DNA of 35,058 nucleotides from Seison nebaliae (Eukaryota): NCBI GenBank assembly GCA_023231475.1, contig JALJEE010000470.1, positions 1 to 35,058 of the forward strand, read 5' to 3'. Shown piece by piece: positions 21,349 to 32,310 of this stretch (position 1 is its first letter; each line of letters starts with the position of its first letter). The notes under the pieces were generated by a model. It saw only the letters and a program-made list of their open reading frames with translations, ran no database searches and was not told where the DNA came from. The position numbers and the translations under genes were made by a program.

Positions 21349-22303
21349 AACCGTTTAGTTGAGGTTCTTTATAATTATTTTCTTGTTTAACAAGAGAACG
21401 GAAGTGAAATGAAAATTAAATAAAATATTTCAAGTTTTCATTTCCTTCATTCCGTCATTTTGAGAGAGAGAGAAAGAGAGAGCACGTTTTATTGAGAATA
21501 TGAAAATGAATAAATTCTTCTTAGAAATAAATTCAGGAACAACCAGGTAGTCGATAATGATGAGAATTCATTTATTCACCAATCTCCAACTCGATATGTC
21601 ACGTAAGTTTGAGACGAATAATATTTTCAATTAACTTCTTTCTTTTAATTCATGTTTTTCCTTCTTGAATAATGAAGAATTCCTTTCATTGCGAACGAAA
21701 GGAAATACATCAGAATTAGTAGATAGTCAATTGGACTAGAGAACGTCGAATAAACGAAATGAGACGATCTGAATATAATTCAGATTGGCGAAGAAGATGA
21801 ATAAAATTCTTTGTGAATATTAACGCTGTGGTTCGCCCCTCACCAATGATTTCTTCATTAGTTGATGAAAAGATTTCAATTATATTCTTCAATTCTATTC
21901 CCACTGAGTCTCTCGAGAAAATAATGACTCCATTCTTCATGCTGCGAGTCATTCTAATCATAATTCCTCAATTAGTTCGAAGATGAAACGAACAATTTTA
22001 TCGAATCCTATTCATTCATTCCTTTCCATTCAACAACAGATAACTATATGGAAAGAATGAGAAAATCATTTAAAAGACGAGAGGAAGTTAATCCCAAATA
22101 TTCTTTGTTAGATGACGACACTTCTCTCCTACCTTGAATCCATTTTCACTCCATCGTCTTCACATCTCATCATTGAAATATTCCCTTATAAATTCAACTA
22201 GATTCTCCTAAGAAAAATACCAATTTATTTCATTTTAGGAACCGTTCTCTCAAGCCAAATTCAAATTTCTTTCATTTCCAATTTAAAAGTTCTCCTGGAA
22301 AAT

Positions 22304-24083
22304 ATGAAATTGATAAATTTTCTTATCCTTTTCGCGTTAATATTGACGATTGTCCATTCGGAAGTAAATGAAGAAATGGAAGTTACTCAAACATTCACTC
22401 CAACAATCGAACCAGATGAAGACGTTCGTTCATTGAAATATGAGCATCAAAATGAAAAAGTTCGAGATTTTCTGGCAATGTATCGGAAACATTCGATCGA
22501 CAATATCGTCACCAATCCATTGCCAATAACGACGGATAAAGAAGAAAATGAATCAAGAGCAACAATTATACAATTACCCACACCAGCTAATCTGAATTAT
22601 ATAAAAAAACGGTATAATCCTCGAAGAAATAAAGGTTCTCAGTTTCATATATTATCCCTAAATTTTTTTGAATTTCATAAATTTTTTAGGTGCATGTAAT
22701 ATGATGAGACGTGTGTATAATCAACAAGATTGCACTAAATATTTCGAATGTATCAACTACGATACTCCACAAGCGAATTTTGAGCTGAGATCTTGTCCTG
22801 ACGGAAAAGGATTCCATCGATATATGCTCGTCTGTTTACCGAAAGAACAAGTGGCCGATTGTTCTTCACAATCTTCTCAATCTTCCCAAACGAACAATAA
22901 TTATTTTCAAATAAATAACAACGAACAATTGGAATTAAACGACCAACAATTCCAACCCGAATTCTATTCTCATGATTTCGATATTTATGACGTTGCCGCC
23001 GAACCTACTCAATCGAATGATGTCAATCCAAGTAAAGGTCAGACTAGAACATTAAATTTGACACGTATAGGAAATGTACCGAACGAGTATATGCGATATC
23101 AGCAGAACAAATATCAGAATACTCCTAATCTCAATCCTTTCGCTCATTTCCTCCTAAATAATTCTCCAGAAATGCAACGTCTTTTACATAGGCCAAGTTC
23201 GGAAACTTCTCCATCATCATCTGATTCGTCATCATCATCATCCTCATCATCATCTTCTTCTTCTACAGGACAATTATTTAGCGGTAGACAGAATGCCGGC
23301 TCTTCTTATTTGAGTGCTCCAGTTAAAAATTTGCCGAGTTCACACCCCATCTACAATCATCAAGCGTTAGGATCTGGTCGATTTCCGAAGAAATATCCAC
23401 AACAACTCTTCAATCATCAACAACAATATCTTCAAACTTTAAATCAACCTAAACAAGTTCAGATGCAACAGAAAAGAGAAGTCGCATTTCAAAAACAATT
23501 CCAAAAGCCTTCCGCCCCAAAACGACCATATCAGTCCGTTGTCCAAAATTTCAAACAAAATCAATTCAACAATGACGATGTAAAACCAATAGCTGAATAT
23601 ACGAATGATGGTTCTTCTAACTTTTTATTTTTGTTATTAAATTTCTTCTTTTTCTTAGATTATTTATCGGGATTATGTCAAAATGACTCCATCATTTATG
23701 CTCACCCAACTAACTGTTCACTCTTCTTCCGATGTAAGGGAAGTGGCTCCTTCCAAGTTATGACATCCGTTTTCGAATGTGGATTAGGAACGGCATTTAA
23801 TGTCAGATTACAAGTTTGTGATCACGTACAAAATGTACCGGAATGTCGACATATTAATCCCACCAATCCAAGGAATGCTTATCGACGTCCATTTTATGTT
23901 GCCGATCCTACGAAAAACAAACGATTAGCCAGTCTCAAAATGGCTCCTAATTCTACCGAACCACTCACCACTACCATTGAATGTTTGGATCGAAATCTCA
24001 TCATTTGCAACGAACAATTTATCGATGGTTGTGCATCAGATAACTTTTCCAACATCTGTCCCAAACTTTGTGGGAAGTGTTAA
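22304..24083 (+). CDS. Secreted protein with two CBM14/peritrophin-A chitin-binding domains, Q/N/S-rich linker and C-terminal ShKT domain (558 aa; introns 22635-22689, 23611-23658)
   Basis: Signal peptide MKLINFLILFALILTIVHS. Six-Cys domains C..DCTKYFEC..SCPDGKGF..VC..C and C..HPTNCSLFFRC..FECGLGTAFNVRLQVCD..C. Terminal CLDRNLIIC..C..CPKLCGKC matches ShKT. Confidence 0.88.
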
Positions 24084-24605
24084 ACACAAATTTTCAAATC
24101 TAAATTCGAAATTATTATCTTATCTCCAATTTATCTTAAACAAATTTAAATTTTTAAATCAAATTTAATTTCTCCAAATTCATTTTTCCATATCTCTAGA
24201 AAATTTTGTATTTTTAAAAATCGATTCAGAATCTTTTCAAATTATTTTATGAAAAAAACTAAATTTTTTAAATTCATTAAAATTAATTTTTTTTAATTCT
24301 TGAAAATTAAATTTTTTTTATTCTAAAAACTTAAATTTTCTGTTTCGAAAAATTGTAATTTCTTTTAATTCCCAATATTAAAGAATAATTCATAATTTTC
24401 ATTAAAATCGAAAAAATTTTAATAATAAAAATTATCTCACAAAAGTTGTTTCTAGTTATTAGTCATCAATCTCATCTTCTCTTCAGGAAATTAATATATT
24501 CAATAAATAAATAATTTTCAATAATCTTCTGAATTTTAATTCGAATTATAAGCTCTTACATTTCAAACAACAACAAACATAAAAATCGCATTGATTTGAA
24601 CAGAC

Positions 24606-25571
24606 ATGAAGGTTAAGATACAGTTTTTTTAAGATATGATTACTATTATGTGTTATCTTTCCATTTGGAATTGATAATAAAATGATTTTTTTCTAATTTA
24701 ATTTTCTTCCCAAAATTTTTCCAATAAAAACTTTTAATATTGTTCGTTGGTTTCAGTTAAATATCGCCAATCCAACAACTGGATATCAAGAATCGGTTCT
24801 CATTGAAGATGATCGTGTTCTCCACATGTTTCGTGACAAGCGAATCTGTCAAGAAGTCGATCTCACTCCAATAGGAGAGAGATTTAAAGTTTTATTTTTT
24901 TTAAATTTTAAAAAATAAATTTTTTGAATTTTTAGGGATGTGTCGTTCGTATCACTGGTGGAAATGACAAACAAGGATTTCCAATGATGAGAGGTGTGTT
25001 GACTAATCTCCGTGTGAGATTGTTGATTCCTAACGGAAAGAAATGTACTCGTCATAATTTGAAAGCGAGACCAGGAGATCGTCGACGAACATCTGTTCGT
25101 GGATGTATTGTGGATCCGTCACAAATTGCGTCGTTATCCTGCATCATCATCAAAGAGGAAACGCCAATGTCTGATAAAACGTATCCGAGACGATTGGGAC
25201 CAAAACGTGCAGGAAAAATTAGACAATTGTTCAATGTGGCTCGTGGACATGATTTGAGGAAATTTGTTATGAGGAAACCAGTTTATTACAAAGATCCAGA
25301 AAAGCAGAAGAAATTTGAAGAAAAATATCCGGGTGTGGTGAAAACTGTTGCACCGAAAATCCAACGATTAGTGACCAAACAACGATTGTTACGAAAGAAG
25401 AAAGTTTTACAAAAAATGATCGCTCAACATAATAAGAAGAAAGAGCAACAACAAACATATCATGCTATGTTGGCGAAATTGAATGCACAGAAACGATTGA
25501 AACATCGTGTTTCGTCCGTATCGAGTGAGAAATCACAGAGATCGTCGAAGAAGAAGTCGATTTCCAATTAA
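24606..25571 (+). CDS. RPS6: 40S ribosomal protein S6 (eS6), 257 aa (introns 24612-24756, 24889-24935)
   Basis: MK|LNIANPTTGYQ, RITGGNDKQGFPM, RRRTSVRGCIV, PRRLGPKRA, APKIQRLVT and a C-terminal RVSS phosphosite region. The spliced frame is 774 nt. Confidence 0.97.
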
Positions 25572-25997
25572 TTCTTGTATTTCCTTTTATGCGAAAATGA
25601 AAAATGTTCAATTCTATTATTCTCTCTCCTACGTGTCATCATTTATAGTACGGTTAGGTGAATAAATAAATTGAATAATTGTTTAAATTTTTGAAAATTA
25701 TGGAAATTTTATGGTTAATGAATTATCACGTTAAAATTGAGAGATTGACATGTAGATTTAATGAGAAGTGAAGATAAATGAGAATTATTGAATTAATTAA
25801 TTTTTTTTCATTAGTTTTAATTAAAGAAATTAAGTTGATGGTAATTTTGATGGTTTAATTAAATTATCGTTTTATTTTATTTTGTTAATGATAAAATGTT
25901 TATGGAATGTTTTTTTTACGTTGAAGATAAGAAAAGAGAATATGAAGGAAAATGTGAAGAAATTTGAGAAAGAAAATAATTCCAGAGAGATATGTGA

Positions 25998-26825
25998 TTA
26001 TGTGTATTTGTATGGTTCGATAATGAGCAATAAACCGTTCGTTAGCGTGATGATAAGACAAGCTGTTTCTAAAACATATTCATATTTACCATTCCGAAAA
26101 TATTCTTTGAGTTGATTGGAGAATAATCGTGAATATTTTACGAAATCTTTTTTCCGATTATTCAAACGATTTCTCATATGACGATTACCTTGGTCTTCCA
26201 TTGCTCGTGATAATTCAGAGAGAGCGTCTAATTGCGATTTGATTGCGGCAGCTATCTCACGAATAGAAGCGAGAAATTGATCTCTATCATGAAAGACGGC
26301 GGGAATTGAGGACATATACCGTTTTAAACGGTTCGCTGATATTTCCAATTTCTCAATTGGACTTAATGATCTGACATCATCGATAGGTAAAGGAATTCGT
26401 TCAGATGCTTGCAATTTGAGGAGGGCATGAGATAAATGGAGAGGTATATTTCCTCTCCACCATGTCTCCACAATCAATTTACTGATGATCATGGGTGCGA
26501 CGGTATTTAGATGAATAAATCCCTCCAGGATATTCTGAACGTGTTTCGAACATTTGTTCTGTTTTTCCTGAACACGTAAAATTGAATGTGATCCATTTGT
26601 CTGTGTCGTTTTCGGTGAGGACGACGGAGATGATGATGATGAAGTAGAAGAATTGGGTGATGGACCTGAAGACGCTCGAATAGCTCCATGTAAACGACGA
26701 TTGAGGGAACGTAAAGACGGAACTATAATTAACGGTGTCACCATTCCATTGATGGATTTGATTAGGGAATCCTTAATATCTTCTTCTGTTCGATTTGCAT
26801 CGAACATATCTTCCATTCGGAACAT
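25998..26825 (-). CDS. PDCD10: Programmed cell death protein 10 / CCM3 (275 aa, intronless CDS)
   Basis: FAT-homology region IPAVFHDRDQFLASIREIAAAIKSQLD...KKDFVKYSRLFSNQLKEYFRNG matches PDCD10. First ATG is at 26825. Confidence 0.92.
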   Translation of the reverse strand: MFRMEDMFDANRTEEDIKDSLIKSINGMVTPLIIVPSLRSLNRRLHGAIRASSGPSPNSSTSSSSSPSSSPKTTQTNGSHSILRVQEKQNKCSKHVQNILEGFIHLNTVAPMIISKLIVETWWRGNIPLHLSHALLKLQASERIPLPIDDVRSLSPIEKLEISANRLKRYMSSIPAVFHDRDQFLASIREIAAAIKSQLDALSELSRAMEDQGNRHMRNRLNNRKKDFVKYSRLFSNQLKEYFRNGKYEYVLETACLIITLTNGLLLIIEPYKYT

Positions 26826-27920
26826 GATGTCATTCAAATGCAATTTCAATTAATTATTCCATTGATATATCTATTTTGAATTAACGGTTTAATTGCCCTT
26901 CCAATAATCTTCTTCCTGATAAAATAAATTATTTATTGAAATTTTTAATTTTAGGTGACTGTGTTTACTTTTAATGTTTCTCTTATCTCACTGTCAGGTC
27001 AGTGCCATCAAATTGTTTACTATTCATATTCATTTCTTTCTCTCATCATTTTATTTCTTCTCGTTAATTTTCTTTTTTCAATTTTTAAGCTTCATACCAT
27101 TAACATCTATCTTTTCTCATCCAATTATTTCTTTTACTCCAAACACGTCTTTCCATAATAACAATAACAACAATATTATACGTGTAGCTTGAAAAATACT
27201 TATCAATGTACTTCAAAGATCTTCTTCCAATTCCAACTGTCTCTTTTAAGAACCTTCCAATGAAAATTTCGAAATATTTTAGAAAATAAATTAAATTGCT
27301 TTGTTTTTTTTTCGACTCAAGTCAACTAAATTTCAAATAAACATTGAACTATATTTAATTTCGCTGATAAACATTTATTTGAGTAATAATAGTAGTCGTT
27401 GAATTGATAAGTAAATTAAAGTTGATCAATTCTCATTAAAACAGAATTTGGACGTGTGAGAGAAGTTGAAGGATTTCCATCGAAAGATATTGATAAATTA
27501 TTAAGAAGTAGCTTCTAAACTTAACGGAATTGTGAGAGAAATTAAATGAATCGGTCATTCTTATTGCTTCAGTTGACGGACATGTTTGAATTTAATTTAT
27601 TGATAACATTATTTCGATAATCATATTTCATGTTGGAGAGAAGAAAAAGTAGAAATTATTCAAATTAAATTGCTTATTGGTATGGGGACATTGCGTCGTC
27701 TTTATCATTCGGATGACGAATGAAAAGAAGAATTGGATGTTGAAGAGTGTGCACCATAGTGGATAGATGAAAATAAAGTATGCATTTTCCCATCTTCTTC
27801 ATTTCATTCTATTAGTTCTCCAATGTTCATTCTAACGAAAGAAAACCTACTTCATTCCAATAGTTACATAAGAATTTTCTATTAAATCCATAACTCATGA
27901 ACTATTAGATATTGTATTTA

Positions 27921-27946
27921 CTTCTTTCTTTCTTTCTTTCTTTCTT
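27921..27946 (+). repeat. (CTTT)n microsatellite
   Basis: cttctttctttctttctttctttctt read directly. Confidence 0.85.
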
Positions 27947-28504
27947 CATTCAACAATAAAATATATCGACATTTGTTTTCGAACGATAGTCTGATAGAAT
28001 ATCTTTATGAACGGAAATAATCCCGAAAATAATTGAAGGGAATTTATTCGGATTATAATAAGAAAAAATTGAAAGAAATGTTCGATTATTCATACGAATT
28101 CCATAGGAATGAATTGGAAGCAGGAATTACAAAGGAATAATTTATATTTACTTTAATCATAAAAAAAAACTCGAATGTTGCAAACTCATCACCTTTCTTC
28201 ATTATTCCTCACAGACACTTAGCACTATCTCTTTTTCAATATCTTTATCTAATATTATTTTTGTGAATTATTAATGAAATTTTTTCTCCATTTTTTTTTC
28301 TCGACCAAAACGAATTAGAAAAAAATTCATTGATGATTTTAAATGGAAACAAATTCTTCTGAACTATATTTGATGCACGAGATTTGAGTGTAACATTAGT
28401 GATTAATGCGTTTGATATGATAGACGTTCGACTATTCGAATAGGAAAAGTTAATGAATATGAAGGGGAAGCTTCATTTAGACGAGAGCGTAGCATCTGGA
28501 AAAA

Positions 28505-31500
28505 ATGGTGGCCGACCAGGATGCTACGAACAGCGTCTGTGAATATATGGAGAGTATTTTCTATCAACACGAATGCACGAAATATGTGCGGAAGAATCGT
28601 GTACATTGTTATTGTGGTCGATTATTAACTGATCATGTCGATTACATAAATGATGAAATAGTTGACGATTGTGGAGAATTGGAAGATAATCGGAAGAATT
28701 GGAATCTCTTCAACAACACCACACTCTCGCCCACTCAATGTTATGGAACGATCGATTTCGAAGGACGGAAACATATGACGAAAGCTGAATATGTTCGTTT
28801 ATCTGTTGCTAGTCCCATCGAATTAGTCGTCGAATTATTAATAAAAGTTTGGGCTCTTCATTCTCCACAACTCGTCCTCTCTATTTATGGAGGTTTCTAC
28901 AATTTCGATTTAGACAATAAGATTAAACGATCATTAAAACGAGGTATACTTTGTGCCAGTTGTACCGTTGACACTTGGTTATTGACTTCTGGTGCCGATT
29001 CGGGTGTGACGAAAATCGTCGGAGAAACCATCAATGAAGTTCGACGACGTATCGTTCTCAATGACGATACATATGAAGATGAAAATTTACAAACAAAAGA
29101 ACGTGCTGTCATTGGAATTGCACCATGGTCTTGTATCAGAGATTCAGATGGATTAATTGGACGAGATGCTGATGTCAATTATTATGGAAATAAAATAAAT
29201 AACAATGAAAAAATGGGAAATGGGAGGAAAGTCGGTGAACCATTTCTTAATCGAAATAAAAGTAATAATAACAGAAATAATAAAAGTACAGTCACTTTGA
29301 ATGGTGATCAAACTCATTTCTTATTAATCGATGACGGAACTATAAATCAATGGAATGGTGCCGAATTTCTGGTAAGACATCGATTAGAAAGATCGATCGC
29401 TAGTCCTCGAACTGACACTTCTCCAATTACTGCACCTGTCGTCCAATTGATTGTTGGTGGTGGTTCTCACACTCTTCAAATGGTTCTCGAATCACTTCGA
29501 CATACATTGACGGCAGATAAACAACCTGACCGTCATAAACGGTATCGGATTCCAATGATACTCTTTTTGGGTACTGGCCGAGTAACTGATTTTCTTGCTT
29601 ATCTTTATTCGTATACGAACGGATTAGTTCAATCGAAAGCATCGATCGATCAAAATGGAATCATCACATTTCCGTTAAGAGTTAAAATTAAATTTCTAAT
29701 TTGGCTCAATCAATTGACAAATACGAAATTGACGAATGATATTAGTTGCATATTGAGTGGCAATCGGAAATCATTTAATCGACAACACTTCCAAGAGACG
29801 ATTGAGAGAGAGGAAGAATTCTTCCAACTTACTAAAACGGAACAATATATTTGGTTCCATTTGAAACAGAATGAAAGTCTTTTAAGGAATTTAGAAAGTA
29901 TCGTTTGTTTATTACGATTATCAAATAAATGTATATTAATTCATCGATTAAATTCAGAAATTAATGTTATTGTCGAGGAGAAATTACATTCGAAAGATCA
30001 TGATTATACTGAAGCGGTAGAAGAACAATCAAAAATCTCGATCGATGTCATGAATAGTTCACAAAATCTACTTGAATTAATTATTAAACAATTCAATAAT
30101 ATCCCAATCATTGTTGATGGTGATGATGAAAATTTGGATTTGACAATTTTGAAAGCATTAATTAATTCGAAAGATGTTCGAATTCCAGCGGATGAATTAA
30201 ATCTCGCGTTGTCATGGCGACGAGTAGATTGGGCGAGAGAATATATTTTGACTCAAGAAATGAAATTAGATGAGAACACTCTACAGAATGCGATGGAGGA
30301 GGCACTTCTCCAGAATAATTTACCGTTCGTACAATTGTTGATTGAGAATGGAGTGAATATGCACCGTTTCCTTACCATCAAACGATTACAATCATTATAT
30401 ATTCGAATGTTGAAACAAGACTCGAGTCCCAATATTCAGTTGTTGAAAATTCTGTTGAGAAATGAACTCCAATCAACCAAACGACAAACTCGTCGATGTT
30501 ATTTAAATATAGATTTGTGTGGTGGATGTGATCGTTGTGCAGGTTGTCTTCGTCCACTCCATCGTTTCTTTTATAATCTCAAACAATTTTGTTGTTATAT
30601 TTGTTTCTCTCGAATAATTCGTGAGAATGATATGAATCAATTTTTTGATGAGAATGAAAAGATGATGATAATGGAGGAATTGAAAGATTGTTGTGATTCT
30701 CATTTTCAAGATAAATCGGATGATAAAGATGATGATATTCAACCACATACAATCGATTTGTTTAAAGAGAAGAAATCTGGATCATTTTGGACTCGACATC
30801 TTTCAAAAAAACATCGAACGAAAGTAGATTTGACGAATAATTTCAATTTGTTCCATATCGGCAAAGTGATCGAACGATTAATGGGACCAGGTTTTCGATC
30901 GAAATATTGTTCGAAAGAATTCCGAAATAAATGTAACGGTATCTTTGGTGATATGGTAATGAATACGACAATATCATATTTTCCTCCCGAACAACTCGAA
31001 ACGTTTTCATTACCATATCACGAATTGTTAGTTTGGGCTGTTCTTTTTCAAAAACATGAACTCTCATTATATTTATGGAGACGTGGAGAAGAACCGATTG
31101 CTAAAGCATTAGTTGCTTCAATTCTTTGTCGTGGTTTAGCTAAATATGCGGAACGTTATCAATTGTTAGAGAGTTCTGATGATTTTATAGATGAGACATC
31201 ATTTGATGATATGAACAATTTTAATAATAATAATAATAATAATAATAATTGTGGAAATAAATATAATGTGGATGATGAATGGAATGATATAGAATTGATG
31301 AATTTATTATCAATGAAATTGAAAAGAAATGAATGTTTATTATCGAAAACGACGGCACCATTAATTTTTCAATCATATCGATGGGGAAATATCGCTGTGT
31401 ATTTATTGAATCGATGTGCAATCGAATCGATGGAAGCGGCATTGAAAATTATCATTTTAGAATCGATACATTGGTCCAGATGGACATGTCTATCGTTAGC

Positions 31501-32275
31501 GATGGTGGCGAAACAGAAACGGTTTATTGCCCATCCAATTTGTCAATCGATTTTGAAAGATTTGTGGTTTGGTGGAATGCAAATTCAACCACAAATATGT
31601 TTCCGAGTTTTGGCTTGTGCACTCTTCCCTCCCATGAGTATCATCTTGATCGATTTCAAAAGTCAATTACAATTGAGATTACAAGCACAACGACCAGAAG
31701 AACATGATAACAATCTATTCAATACAACAACAACAATAACACAAAATCAAATGGCGCATGGAAATATGAATAAGACGAAATTATTCGATCCGAATGCTTC
31801 CGCTTTATTAGCAGGAGATACATTGAAGAATGTTCCATCAATGCTCTTCCAGACACAACGATCAGATATTCTTCCAATATCATCTCCTCCCAATCCTCCA
31901 CCATCTCTTGATCATCATTCATTGAGTTGTGGTAGACCGTCACGTACACTCAGAAGTCGATCATCCACCGTTAATGTGGGAAAACAAATGGAATTACCAA
32001 CGGAAAAAAGACAACGTCATGAATCGACATATTGTGCATCATCGTTCCAAATGGTCGATGATCATATTCTCAATGAGATCTCTAAAGCAAACGAGAAATA
32101 TTGGAATGAAGAGAATGATACATCAATTCCCATCATCAATAGTCATCATCGACGGATTTATAGTATCACTTCGTCAGCAACTCGACTTAAACATTTTTTC
32201 AAACATGGTCGTCATGGCGACGATCGTCCAATTCACGATATTTCTGTTCCACGAATAACATTCTCTTCTCATATC

Positions 32276-32310
<35 letters not shown>

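Noticed and set aside
21716..21961. 81-aa minus-strand ORF and an 8-bp stem AATGACTC/GAGTCATT
   Set aside because: No homology or convincing splice partners, and the stem is too short to be significant. Cannot be fully excluded without RNA data.
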